From Verrucomicrobiales bacterium (lineage in GTDB: Bacteria > Verrucomicrobiota > Verrucomicrobiia > Verrucomicrobiales > DEV007): 64,000 nucleotides of DNA. Positions within the stretch are counted from its first letter, which is position 1, and every line of letters begins with the position of its first letter. Where the stretch lies: positions 54,980 to 118,979 of the forward strand of contig JABSSQ010000001.1 in the NCBI GenBank assembly GCA_013213905.1. Reading direction: 5' to 3'. A program made the translations under genes and the position numbers. This document shows, piece after piece, positions 25,928-38,164 of the stretch. The notes under the pieces are model-generated. The model made no database searches, was not told the DNA's origin, and saw nothing but the letters and a program-made list of their open reading frames with translations.

Positions 25928-26719
25928 TTGAGACTGCAGGACAAAGTCATTGTGGTGACCGGTTCCACCACTGGAATCGGAAAGGCGATTGCGAGACGTT
26001 GCCTCGAGGAGGGAGCCTCAGTCGTCATTCACGGACTCGAGCCGGATCTGGCTGAGCAGGCCTGGATCGACCTTGATCCTGAACGAAGTCGCAGCGAAAT
26101 GATCGTTGCTGATTTAGCTGATCCCGATGCGCCGCGCTTGATTCGCGAGGTGACCTTGAAACGATTCGGAAAGATCGACGGTCTTGTGAACAACGCCGCC
26201 AGGATCGGCACGGGGAATATTGTTTCGACGAATCGAGACTCTTTCGACGGCTTTATTGAGGTGAACACGAAAGCTCCGTTTTTCCTCATCCAGGCGCTGC
26301 TCGATGACTTGCAGGTGGCTCGCGGTTCTGTCGTAAATATTGGTTCGGTCAATGCCTATTGCGGGGAGCCTGACCTGCTTCCCTATTCGATCTCGAAAGG
26401 GGCGCTGATGACCCTGACTCGCAACCTCGGTGATGTGCTGCATCGCGAGTACTCTGTCAGGGTAAACCAGGTGAATCCTGGTTGGATTCTGACTGAGAAT
26501 GAACAGGCAAGAAAGCAGGAACAGGGATTGCCGGAAGACTGGCCGTCCCGCCTCAGTGGTCAGTTCGCTCCCAGCGGCAGGATTTTTAAATCTGAGGAAA
26601 TCGCAGCAGCGGTAATCTATTTCCTCAGCGATGAGTCGGGCCCGGTCAGCGGGTCAGTTCTCGACATTGAGCAGCATCCCATGATCGGGAGGAATCCTTC
26701 CAAAGATGTCGAAGGGTAG
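25928..26719 (+). CDS. Short-chain dehydrogenase/reductase (SDR)
   Basis: TGSTTGIG, NNAA, YSISK, VNQVNPG; TTG start. Confidence 0.92.
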   Translation: MRLQDKVIVVTGSTTGIGKAIARRCLEEGASVVIHGLEPDLAEQAWIDLDPERSRSEMIVADLADPDAPRLIREVTLKRFGKIDGLVNNAARIGTGNIVSTNRDSFDGFIEVNTKAPFFLIQALLDDLQVARGSVVNIGSVNAYCGEPDLLPYSISKGALMTLTRNLGDVLHREYSVRVNQVNPGWILTENEQARKQEQGLPEDWPSRLSGQFAPSGRIFKSEEIAAAVIYFLSDESGPVSGSVLDIEQHPMIGRNPSKDVEG

Positions 26720-26724
26720 GGTGT

Positions 26725-28500
26725 TTAAGCGTCTGATTGGACAGGCTCACCCATGAGCAACTGGTAGAGCGTGCGCTTCAACATTTTTGCCTCGTAGGGC
26801 TTTTGAAGGAAAGCGATCTGCTTCTCGTCACCGAGACCGTGGTCTTCAGGGCGCTCGTTGTAGCCGCTGGTGAGAAGGATGCCGAGTTCGGAGTGGGTGG
26901 AGTGAAGTTCCCGGGCAAGATCCCAACCGGAGACGCCTTCCGGCATGACGATGTCGGTAACGACGAGGGAAACTTTTTCGGAGATTTCAGGCCAGAGATC
27001 GAGAGCCTGGCGACCGGATGCTGCTTCGATGACTTCGCATCCTAACATCTCCAACAGTTTGCGAACCAGCTTGCGAACTGCATCTTCGTCTTCGACCAGA
27101 AGAATCGTACTGCCCTTGAGGCTCTCCTGGTCATTCGTATTTTCCTTTTCAGGGGTGGGTGCGGCGACGCGACCCATAACCATCGGCAGGAGAATCTCAA
27201 AAGTGGTGCCCACATCGACTTCACTGGAAACATCAATTTGTCCGCCGTGCTCGCGGATGATCGCTGCAACATTGGCGAGGCCCAGGCCCGTGCCTTTCCC
27301 TTTTTCTTTTGTGGTGAAGAAGGGGTCGAAAATCTTCGGCAGTTTCTCAGCAGGAATGCCTGAGCCGTTATCGCGAATCGAGAGGCAGGCATAGTTGCCG
27401 GGCGCCATGCTGCTGTCTTCGGCACTGAGGGAATGAACAGAAGTTTCGATCGTGATCCTTCCTCCATCCGGCATGGCATCCCTCGCATTCACGATGAGGT
27501 TCATTATGACCTGGCCCAGCATGGATCGATCCGCTTCGATCTGGTCGAGTCCTGCACCGAATTTGATATCGAGGTCAATCGTTTCCTCGACCATGCGGCG
27601 CATCATCTTGACGAACTCACTAACGACCTGGTTCAGCTCGCATCGCTCGAGGTTCACGGACTGCTGACGGCTGAAAAGCAGAAGTTGCTTGGAAAGTTCA
27701 ACGGCCTGGAGAGAAGCACTGCGAATCAGCCCGAGGGACTCCATCGCCTTCTCGTTGCCGGCGTCCTCGACAATCATTTCCAGCAGGGATGTGTGTCCCT
27801 GGATCACCGTGAGAAGGTTGTTGAAGTCGTGAGCGATTCCAGTGGCAAGGCGACCGACGCTGGTCAGCTTCTGGGACTGGCGCAGCATGCTCTCGATTTC
27901 CTTGCGCGAAGCTACCTCGCGATCGAAGTCGACCTGGGTGGCTACGAGCGAAGCAACCAGACTGACAATCGCCTCAAATGAAGGGTCGTCTGCCACGTCT
28001 TCGTCGTGAAATCCAACGGCGAGAGCGGCAATCGGTTTTCCTTTGCGGTCACAAAGAATCCGTCCGTGGAGATGGCGAAATGCGAGGAACGTCTTATCCA
28101 TCGCTTCGTTGAACCTGATCTTTTTCGGGATCGCTTGTGAAAGCAGTTCGTTGGCGAGCAGGAAATCGGGGATCTCTACTGAGGGATACTGGATGCTGCA
28201 GGCTTCGGAGAGCGACTGCGCCACGACGCGCTTCGGACCTTCGCCGGCGACCAGTTCAACGAGAAGGAAGGCTTCCGCATCGAGAGCATTCCGGACCTGG
28301 TTGACGAAAGAGTGCCATCCTGCCCGGTTGATCCAGTTCTCGGCGATCTCCACGAGTTTGCCTGCTTGCTCCAAAGCCCCGTCATCGTTGGGGGGGGGAG
28401 AAAGGCACTCATTGTCCATTTCTTCCCGTGAGAGCACGAGGCCGTCATCTCCGGAGGAAACAGGGGAGCGATTGAGCTTAGTTGTGGAGCGATTACTCAA
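26725..28500 (-). CDS. Hybrid sensor kinase/response regulator (GAF-like + HisKA + HATPase + REC; CckA-like)
   Basis: GIAHDFNNLL, NLIVNARDAM, DNGSGI, FDPFFTTK, GTGLGL, LLVEDED, VVTDIVMP, FLQKPY. Confidence 0.92.
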   Translation of the reverse strand: MSNRSTTKLNRSPVSSGDDGLVLSREEMDNECLSPPPNDDGALEQAGKLVEIAENWINRAGWHSFVNQVRNALDAEAFLLVELVAGEGPKRVVAQSLSEACSIQYPSVEIPDFLLANELLSQAIPKKIRFNEAMDKTFLAFRHLHGRILCDRKGKPIAALAVGFHDEDVADDPSFEAIVSLVASLVATQVDFDREVASRKEIESMLRQSQKLTSVGRLATGIAHDFNNLLTVIQGHTSLLEMIVEDAGNEKAMESLGLIRSASLQAVELSKQLLLFSRQQSVNLERCELNQVVSEFVKMMRRMVEETIDLDIKFGAGLDQIEADRSMLGQVIMNLIVNARDAMPDGGRITIETSVHSLSAEDSSMAPGNYACLSIRDNGSGIPAEKLPKIFDPFFTTKEKGKGTGLGLANVAAIIREHGGQIDVSSEVDVGTTFEILLPMVMGRVAAPTPEKENTNDQESLKGSTILLVEDEDAVRKLVRKLLEMLGCEVIEAASGRQALDLWPEISEKVSLVVTDIVMPEGVSGWDLARELHSTHSELGILLTSGYNERPEDHGLGDEKQIAFLQKPYEAKMLKRTLYQLLMGEPVQSDA

Positions 28501-28629
28501 GACGAGTAGATGTCTAATATTTATTGTAATTATAACGTGTATTAATTTCAGTGCAAGACTGGAAACAAGTTTTTATACAAGCATCTAAAAATTAAAGCGT
28601 TACGTATGAGCTTCGCTCTTAAACGCAAC

Positions 28630-28658
28630 AAAAAAGGCCGGGGAGGAGCTCCCCGGCC
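28630..28658 (-). terminator. Intrinsic terminator downstream of the Gld-like ABC operon
   Basis: GGCCGGGGA / TCCCCGGCC 9-bp stem followed by T6 on the minus strand. Confidence 0.8.
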
Positions 28659-28692
28659 ACGATTTCTGAATATTTAAAGAAGTGAATTGGGG

Positions 28693-29937
28693 TTACTGGC
28701 CACCGAGTCCAGGAATTCCCTGGAGGTTCAGCCCCGGGGGCAATCCTTGCGGCATACCCGGAGCTCCGGGCGCGGCGCCGGCTTCGGCGTCCTCAGACAC
28801 CATCAACTCAGACCGGGGCGTGGAAATGTTGTCGGTCAGGTAACTTCGAACAATGTAAGTGTTGCCCTCGAGCTTCTTCTCATTGGCGAGTTTGGTCTTC
28901 AACTCATTGAGATTGTCCTCGAATTCCTTGTCGAGGCGCTCCGCGTCTTCCTCGCTCTCATCTTCACCGGCTTCGCGCTTCTCGTTGAGCTTCGCGGAGA
29001 CCTTGATTGAAACCGGGACCTGGTTGATCTCATTCTTCTCGCCCGTTGTGATGACGTAATTAAAACCGTCGAAGGTGGAGATTTTGAATGTGGCCTTGAC
29101 CGCTTTGTTCTCATCGGAATCAGCATCAGCTTTGGAGAGGACATCCTCCATGGCGGGATTGGCAAAGGCACCCTTCATGTTGGTGACCTTCGCCTGGTCG
29201 AGAACTTCGTCTTCTTTGGCGCCGAGGAGGGTGTAGTCGCCGTCGGGATCGTCACGGGTCAGTTTCCAGTCGTTTTCTTTCTCGCCGGTGATGATCTCGA
29301 TGGACTTGATGCGCGCCACCTTGAAGAAGCTCTTGTCGATCCAGTCCGAGGCATCGGTGGTGGCATCGGTGAAGGTCTGGGCAACGAGGAACACAGCATT
29401 GCTGTCGCCTGTCTTCACATAGCGGCCGGCATCGCTCATGGCTGTACCTGTGCCCATAGGGTTGGGGCGATTTTCTGATCGCTCGTAGACTTTGCCAAGC
29501 CAGAGAGTCGCGAGATCTTCACCGGAAGCGTCCTTAAAGGTGAGAATCGTGGCGGCTTCCTCTTCGTCTGCCGCCTCCGCAGGATCTACCAGGCTGACCC
29601 GACCAAACTGGGCGCGGCCAATGGTGACAGGTTGGACTGCCTCGAGTGCCCAGATGCCGCGAAGCAACTTGATGATGGGTTCGGCGTCAGCAGGATAATT
29701 ATCCCGCTCAGCAACTTCCCAGGTAGCGTCGCCTTTGGAGAGAGTCAGGCCCGCGTCTTTTCCTAGGATGTGCACGGTAGCGACATCGTTAAGGGGGAAA
29801 TCACCGAATACCTTTTTCTTGGAAGTGGACGATGCGACTTCTGATACGCCACCGGAGTTGGTGAAGTGAAGGATGGCTGCAATCCCGCCGATCACGGCGA
29901 GGGCGATCACTAGACGAATGAGTGTTTTGGTTCCCAT
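28693..29937 (-). CDS. DUF4340-domain membrane-anchored protein
   Basis: N-terminal TM helix, W-x-V...YPAD motif and repeated domain; occupies the usual position after gldG-like genes. Confidence 0.7.
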   Translation of the reverse strand: MGTKTLIRLVIALAVIGGIAAILHFTNSGGVSEVASSTSKKKVFGDFPLNDVATVHILGKDAGLTLSKGDATWEVAERDNYPADAEPIIKLLRGIWALEAVQPVTIGRAQFGRVSLVDPAEAADEEEAATILTFKDASGEDLATLWLGKVYERSENRPNPMGTGTAMSDAGRYVKTGDSNAVFLVAQTFTDATTDASDWIDKSFFKVARIKSIEIITGEKENDWKLTRDDPDGDYTLLGAKEDEVLDQAKVTNMKGAFANPAMEDVLSKADADSDENKAVKATFKISTFDGFNYVITTGEKNEINQVPVSIKVSAKLNEKREAGEDESEEDAERLDKEFEDNLNELKTKLANEKKLEGNTYIVRSYLTDNISTPRSELMVSEDAEAGAAPGAPGMPQGLPPGLNLQGIPGLGGQ

Positions 29938-29979
29938 AGTGCTTGAGCAAATGTGGATGTTTTCAGTTCGTTCGGTGGA

Positions 29980-32016
29980 TTAACGGGCTGCGACTTTTGC
30001 CCGACGGAAGATCGCCAGGCCAATACCAAACGCGATGATGAGGATGGGCATCAACAGAGTGTTGCCAAACTTGTAAGTGGCGAGTTTGCGACGGAACTCC
30101 CGGGTCACTTCCTTCTGAAGGTCCCGCTCCTTTTTGCGGAATTCAGCTTCCTGTTCCTGCAGAGTTTTCATTTCTGCTTGAACCTCGGGTGAGAGCAGTG
30201 CCTCGTCGAGGTTGTCTGGAGTTTGTGAAAGGATGACCCCGAGGCGGGCCCCGACTTCTTCGCGTTGGCTGGCGAAGCTGGCCAATGCATCGGCATATTT
30301 CTGTTCAGCCTCTCGATACCATTCGCTCTGGCGGGTGAAGGGACGACGGATCGATGCGCGGCTGCGGACATTGATGAGATCAGGATCGCCTGAGAGCTGC
30401 TCGACTGCGTTCTGAACGAGAACGAGGTTTTCGTTGAGTAGCTCCGGAATGACGATGCCGAGGCCGGGAATCTGGTTTCTGCGAACCACATTGGCATCGT
30501 AGATGAAATCGGTGTCTGCAATGAGAACGACCCGTCCCGGAGCGATGGACTCCTTAAGAGCTTCAGGAGCCGGTTCCTCTTTTGATTCTTCGGCAGCCTC
30601 TTCGCCTTCCTCATTGGCAGCTTCATCCGCCGACGGTGCAGCAGGATCGCCGTCTGGAAATGCGGTCGGGAAGGTGCCGCTGAGGCGAGTGACGAGGGCA
30701 CGTGGAGTGCCGTGAGCCTCGAAGTTTTCGCGAATGCGATCTCCGCCGCCTTCCTGAGTTGGATCGGCATCGAAGGAACCAACAAGTTGGTTGTTCGGTG
30801 AGGACAACAGCAGGTTGTCGACCTGGATACCCTCCGGTGCGTTCACTTCAAAGGCTCCCGGTGTCAGCATGTTGAGGTGATTCAACATCTGCGTCATCGG
30901 ATCGGTCAGACCGGGATCGTCACCGCTGCCGAGTGCACTGCGATCGAGTGTCAGGAACGTCGGCGAAAAGTTGCCGCGACGAATAATTTCGGAGCCGAAA
31001 TCAAGGTCGGCGAGCACGCGGGTTGAATCATAGTTAACGCCCCAAGCACGGAATAGCTCCGCGAGATTGGAAGTCGGATTAGGGCCTCCCTGGGGAGGCA
31101 TGCCGGGCATTTGCGGCTGTCCCTGGGCAAGGGCGCGGGCGTAGAAGAAGTTTGGATCAACGAAGGCAAGCACGTTGCCGCCTTTGAGAAGATATTGGTC
31201 GATTGCGAACTGACCTTCGACGCTGATATCGTGAGGGTGCAGGACGATCAAAGTCGTAATGTCTTCCGCGACCTCCTTGGCAGAGACAGGAAGGAACTCA
31301 ACTTCGTAGTCCCGACTGAGCTGCTCGTAGAACATCCACGCGGTCTGAGGCGGAGCCTGGAAGTTGCCGGAGAAGCCACCGGAGACAGAGAGGCTGGTCA
31401 TGATGCCAATCTTCTTATCCTTCCCGCCATGCACGTTGGAGATAGCGCGAATGAGATCGTATTCCAGGGTCGTTTCAGGACGTGCCGGGATGAAGGGAAT
31501 TGTCTCTTTGGCATCGATGCACTCGATCGCAAGCCCGAAGAAGAGCTCGTAGTTGGTTTCCCCGGAAACCCCGGGCTGAAGGCCGTCGAGAATAGCAGCA
31601 TCTTCTGCGTCGGTGTTGGGCTCAGGGTTGAGTTTCTCAACCTTCAGCATGCGAACCTTCTGCTTTTCGAATTCGCCGGCTTCGTTGACAAGCTCCAGTT
31701 CGCGAGTCGGAGCTGCATGTGAGAGTTCACGAAGCAGGTCCTCAACCCGACGGGCACGGGCGCGTTCACTGGGGCCCATAACCTTGTTGTCGTCGGTCAC
31801 GTAGTAGCGAATCGTGACCGGCGTTTCCAGTTCCTGGAGGATGTTCTTGGTTCCCTCTGAGAGGGTGTAGGTCTTGTATTCCGTCAGGTCGAATCGCCAG
31901 CCAAAGGCACCGATCAGGATGTTGATCAGGACGGCAATGGCGAAGACCACGAGCAGGGAGGTCAGCGCGACGGCACTGCGGCTCTTTTGGTGGGATGGGG
32001 AAGGTGTGTCACTCAT
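29980..32016 (-). CDS. GldG-like ABC transporter auxiliary protein (ABC_transp_aux)
   Basis: RFDLTEYKTYTLSEGTKNIL, LEYDLIRAI, IDQYLLKGG, LIADTD, N-x-x-L-x-x-N-AVEQL, LINVRSR. Confidence 0.88.
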   Translation of the reverse strand: MSDTPSPSHQKSRSAVALTSLLVVFAIAVLINILIGAFGWRFDLTEYKTYTLSEGTKNILQELETPVTIRYYVTDDNKVMGPSERARARRVEDLLRELSHAAPTRELELVNEAGEFEKQKVRMLKVEKLNPEPNTDAEDAAILDGLQPGVSGETNYELFFGLAIECIDAKETIPFIPARPETTLEYDLIRAISNVHGGKDKKIGIMTSLSVSGGFSGNFQAPPQTAWMFYEQLSRDYEVEFLPVSAKEVAEDITTLIVLHPHDISVEGQFAIDQYLLKGGNVLAFVDPNFFYARALAQGQPQMPGMPPQGGPNPTSNLAELFRAWGVNYDSTRVLADLDFGSEIIRRGNFSPTFLTLDRSALGSGDDPGLTDPMTQMLNHLNMLTPGAFEVNAPEGIQVDNLLLSSPNNQLVGSFDADPTQEGGGDRIRENFEAHGTPRALVTRLSGTFPTAFPDGDPAAPSADEAANEEGEEAAEESKEEPAPEALKESIAPGRVVLIADTDFIYDANVVRRNQIPGLGIVIPELLNENLVLVQNAVEQLSGDPDLINVRSRASIRRPFTRQSEWYREAEQKYADALASFASQREEVGARLGVILSQTPDNLDEALLSPEVQAEMKTLQEQEAEFRKKERDLQKEVTREFRRKLATYKFGNTLLMPILIIAFGIGLAIFRRAKVAAR

Positions 32017-32052
32017 GATGGTATCGGTCGTGAATGAAAAAAAGGGTGAAAG

Positions 32053-32892
32053 TTAGGCACGCTTGAGGCGGATCACGACGGAAGTCGCAAACAGGCAGAA
32101 CGCGATAAAGGTGATGAAGAAAGCCAGGTCCCGGAAACCGAGAACGCCTTTGGCAAGTTCAGTAAAGTGAGGCATCACGCCGAGCACATTGGCCAGCTTG
32201 ATGAAGGGCCAGAGAATGAGCCAGCCGCCTTTCATGTTGGTGAGGAACTCGCTGATTTGGGGGAGACCACTGAGCCAAAGCATCATGCAGAGCGCCACTG
32301 AAACGAGCAACGCGACAAGCTGGCTACGAGTCATGGCTGATACCACGCAGGTCACGGCAAGGAAGCAGAGAGCCACCAGGTAGGTGGAAACAAAGCCGGC
32401 CATGATGACTCCGTTGTCCGGATCGCCAAGGTAATTGATTGTCCAGACGATGGGGAACGATAGCACGAGCATGCCGAAGAGCACGACGGCTGCGGCGAGG
32501 AATTTCCCGAGAATAGCGTGCCAGGGAGCGAGCGGCATGGTCAGGATCAGCTCCATGGTTCCAAGGCGTTGCTCCTCCGACCAGAGGCGCATGCCGACCG
32601 CCGGGGCGATCAGGACAAGATACCAGGGGAGGTATTGGAAGTAGGGAAGGAAAAGATCCGCTTCGCCCCCTTCGAGAACTCCCGTGAAGAAGAAGGATAG
32701 AGCGTTGGAGATTCCGAGAAACACGACAAAGAGCACGTAGGCGATCGGTGACGTGAAATAGCTCGTAAGCTCGCGCTTGAAGATAGTGCGGACTTCGCGG
32801 GGAAGGGCAAACTTGACGATGGCGATAAAGATCGCCGCAACGACGGCCGTCGGAATCGCGAAGTCGGTCAAAAGAGTGATAAAAGCATCCAT
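32053..32892 (-). CDS. GldF-like ABC-2 permease with an extra N-terminal TM helix
   Basis: IFKRELTSYFTSPIAY, MRLWSEEQRLGTMELILT, ILGKFLA. Confidence 0.9.
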   Translation of the reverse strand: MDAFITLLTDFAIPTAVVAAIFIAIVKFALPREVRTIFKRELTSYFTSPIAYVLFVVFLGISNALSFFFTGVLEGGEADLFLPYFQYLPWYLVLIAPAVGMRLWSEEQRLGTMELILTMPLAPWHAILGKFLAAAVVLFGMLVLSFPIVWTINYLGDPDNGVIMAGFVSTYLVALCFLAVTCVVSAMTRSQLVALLVSVALCMMLWLSGLPQISEFLTNMKGGWLILWPFIKLANVLGVMPHFTELAKGVLGFRDLAFFITFIAFCLFATSVVIRLKRA

Positions 32893-32927
32893 GATGTTTT
32901 AAAGTAATGGAATCGAACCTGGGCCGA

Positions 32928-33878
32928 TCAGTCGTCAGAGTCGGTTTTGGTGATTTCGCGGAAGAGTTCGTCGAGGCGACCTTCTTCGACGTGCAGCTCT
33001 TCAATGCTGAGTTTCTTGTCCTGGCAGAGGCCGGACACCTGCTTGCCGAGCTCGCCTCCTTTGCCCTTGGCAGGAAGAATGCGGGCTTCGATTCCGTCGT
33101 CGTCGGAGCTGATGACTTCGACCTCGCGTGAGGCACTCAGTTTTTCCAGTTCCGCCTGGATGCCGGAACCGGCGAGGCCGGAGGCTTTGAGGCGAACGGA
33201 TCCAGCATTTGAAGACCTTGCCTTGAGCTCGTCCGGGGTGCCGTCAGCGATGACCTTTCCGCGGTCGATGATAATGGCGCGGGTGCAGGCGGCTTCCACC
33301 TCTTCGAGGATGTGGGTCGAGAAGAGAATGGCCTTGTCCTCACCCATGCGACTGATGAGCTGGCGGACTTCGTGTTTCTGGTTGGGGTCCAGACCGTCGG
33401 TAGGTTCGTCGAGGATGAGAATTTCCGGGTCGTGGATGATGGACTGAGCAAAGCAGGTCCGGTGACGGTAACCCTTCGAGAGGGTGTCCACGCTCTGGTG
33501 GCGAACCGGCTCGAGAAAAGTGGTTTCGATGGCCTGGTCGACAGCGGCGTCGAGGTCTCCGGAAGGGATGCCTCTCATTTCGCCGGCGAAGCGAAGAAAA
33601 CCCTCCACGGTCATATCCGAGTAGAGTGGAGCGGCTTCCGGGAGATACCCGATCTTAGCCTTGGCGGCGATCTCATTGTCCTCGATATCGGCTCCGTCGA
33701 TGCTGACTTTGCCCTGGGTCGGGGGAATGTAGCCGGTGACCATTCGCATGGTGGTCGATTTGCCGGCTCCGTTGGGACCGAGAAATCCGAGGACTTCTCC
33801 TTTTTTCACCGTGAAGGACACGCCGTCCACGGCTACCTTGCTTCCGAAATGCTTGTGCAGATCTTCGACTTCTATCAT
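32928..33878 (-). CDS. GldA-like ABC transporter ATP-binding protein
   Basis: GPNGAGKST, LSKGYRHR, ILDEPTDGLDP, STHIL. Confidence 0.93.
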   Translation of the reverse strand: MIEVEDLHKHFGSKVAVDGVSFTVKKGEVLGFLGPNGAGKSTTMRMVTGYIPPTQGKVSIDGADIEDNEIAAKAKIGYLPEAAPLYSDMTVEGFLRFAGEMRGIPSGDLDAAVDQAIETTFLEPVRHQSVDTLSKGYRHRTCFAQSIIHDPEILILDEPTDGLDPNQKHEVRQLISRMGEDKAILFSTHILEEVEAACTRAIIIDRGKVIADGTPDELKARSSNAGSVRLKASGLAGSGIQAELEKLSASREVEVISSDDDGIEARILPAKGKGGELGKQVSGLCQDKKLSIEELHVEEGRLDELFREITKTDSDD

Positions 33879-34081
33879 CGCTGATTAACAGGTTGATCTA
33901 GGGTTTTTAGCGGAGGGGCTCCGCTGGTTCGTTTGAAAAAATACCGAATGTTTCAGAGTTCAATTAAACTCTGGATTCAGAGGGGGATTTCCCCATTGTA
34001 TGTCCTCTCAGAACGACTAATCGCAAGGAAAAAGTTTACATAGTAAATCCCGTATTTGAGTCCGCAACCCGGCCTAACCCT

Positions 34082-34840
34082 ATGAAATTGATCAGCTGGA
34101 ACGTAAACGGCATCCGCGCCGTCTTGAAAAAGAACTTCCTCGAGTTTCTTGAGGAGCATCAGCCGGACGTGCTGTTGCTGCAGGAAGTAAAGGCTGAACG
34201 GGAGCAGGTGGATGAAGATTTCGAAGGTGCGGGCTGGGAAGTTTACTGGAATCCGGCGGTGAAGAAGGGGTATTCCGGAGTGGCCGCCCTGAGCCGTACG
34301 CCCGTGATTTGTGCGACCAACGGTATCGGAATCGAGGAGCATGATCAGGAGGGTCGGGTCATTACCCTGGAGTATGACGGCTTCTACGTCGTGGGGGTCT
34401 ACACGCCGAATGCTCAGAATGAACTCAGGCGTCTCGATTATCGAATGAAGTGGAATGCCGACTTCCTCGCTTACGTCAAAGAACTCGAGAAAACGAAGCC
34501 GGTTATTTTTGCCGGCGACCTCAACGTATCCCATACCGAGATCGACCTGGCCCGGCCCAAGGCGAACCGAAAGAATGCCGGGTTCTCCGATGAAGAGCGT
34601 GCCGGCTTTGATGACATTCTAGCGGCCGGTTTCGTCGATACCTTTCGCCACTTTCATCCCGATGAGCGGGATCACTATTCCTGGTGGAGTTACCGGGGAG
34701 GTGCCCGGGCCAAGAACGTGGGGTGGCGACTGGATTACTTCTGCGTGACTGACAGCCTGATGGGCCAGGTGAAGTCAGCGAAGATCCTGAGTGATGTGAT
34801 GGGATCGGATCACTGTCCTGTGTTGTTGGAGATCAGCTAG
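34082..34840 (+). CDS. xth: Exodeoxyribonuclease III (AP endonuclease)
   Basis: SWNVNG, LQEVK, GYSGVA, EGRVIT, GDLNVSH, GWRLDYF, SDHCP. Confidence 0.96.
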   Translation: MKLISWNVNGIRAVLKKNFLEFLEEHQPDVLLLQEVKAEREQVDEDFEGAGWEVYWNPAVKKGYSGVAALSRTPVICATNGIGIEEHDQEGRVITLEYDGFYVVGVYTPNAQNELRRLDYRMKWNADFLAYVKELEKTKPVIFAGDLNVSHTEIDLARPKANRKNAGFSDEERAGFDDILAAGFVDTFRHFHPDERDHYSWWSYRGGARAKNVGWRLDYFCVTDSLMGQVKSAKILSDVMGSDHCPVLLEIS

Positions 34841-35439
34841 GACTGCTCCGACAACCACAACCGAAACTTTTCCAGCGCTCGACCGCGGTGGCTCATGCCG
34901 TTTTTGACTTCTTCGGGCAACACCCCGAACGAATCTTCGTAGCCTTCGGGAATGAAAAGGGGATCGTAGCCGAAGCCGCCTTCTCCCGTCATGCTGTCAG
35001 CGATACGTCCTTCGACAGCACCATCGAATACAGCGAGCACTTCTCCGCCCCTGGCTACGGTGATGACACAGCGGAAGCGTGCGCTCCTTGCTTTTCCTTC
35101 GTGCTCCGGTTTTGCCAGTTCTTCCATCAACTTGTCGCGATTGGTGGCGTCGGTCGCCTCTGCGCCCGAGTAGCGGGCGGAGTAGATCCCGGGCGCTCCT
35201 TCGAGAGCGTCGACTTCGAGTCCGGAGTCATCGGCAATGACAAAGGCGTCCGGCAGAGCGTTGCTGGCAGCGAGCGCCTTGATGGCGGAATTCTCGGCAA
35301 ACGTGGAGCCGTTTTCCTCGGGTTCCTCCATGTCGGGAAGGGTGGTCAGGTCGCTGACCTCATCAAAGAAGTCGGCCAGCATGGCGCGGAATTCGCCGGT
35401 TTTGTGGGCGTTGTGGGTGGCGACAAGGAGATTGGGCAT
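34837..35439 (-). CDS. rdgB: Non-canonical purine NTP pyrophosphatase (RdgB/HAM1)
   Basis: [36 protein letters not shown]. Confidence 0.95.
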   Translation of the reverse strand: MPNLLVATHNAHKTGEFRAMLADFFDEVSDLTTLPDMEEPEENGSTFAENSAIKALAASNALPDAFVIADDSGLEVDALEGAPGIYSARYSGAEATDATNRDKLMEELAKPEHEGKARSARFRCVITVARGGEVLAVFDGAVEGRIADSMTGEGGFGYDPLFIPEGYEDSFGVLPEEVKNGMSHRGRALEKFRLWLSEQS

Positions 35440-35508
35440 GGAGGAGTTTTGAGTTTCCGATGAGAAGTTTCAAGAGGAGAAGCGATCGGGCTGTGTTACG
35501 TTCGCGAG

Positions 35509-37965
<2,457 letters not shown>

Positions 37966-38164
37966 CGAAGGTCTGTCAGGCACGGAGCCGTCGGCGAGTG
38001 GTCCGTTGCAATACCCCACCCAAATGAGGGGTGGGAACCTTTCATCCGAGGTGTTTTCCTATCGGGTAGACAGATTGCTATTTCGGTTACTGCTCATCTA
38101 AAACCAACCGCCTTAGCTTCGAAAATTGATGGGAAACTGTCTCAACTTCAACCCCAGTTAATCC

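Noticed and set aside
34033-34061. dif-like site: CTATGTAAACT on the minus strand matches the B. subtilis dif right arm (TTATGTAAACT) at 10/11
   Set aside because: The partner arm does not match at a 6-bp spacer, and a rough estimate gives about one such 10/11 hit by chance in 128 kb of double-strand sequence.
34837-34840. Overlapping stop codons of convergent xth and rdgB
   Set aside because: A 4-bp CTAG stop overlap is common in compact genomes, with no sign of extended antisense overlap.
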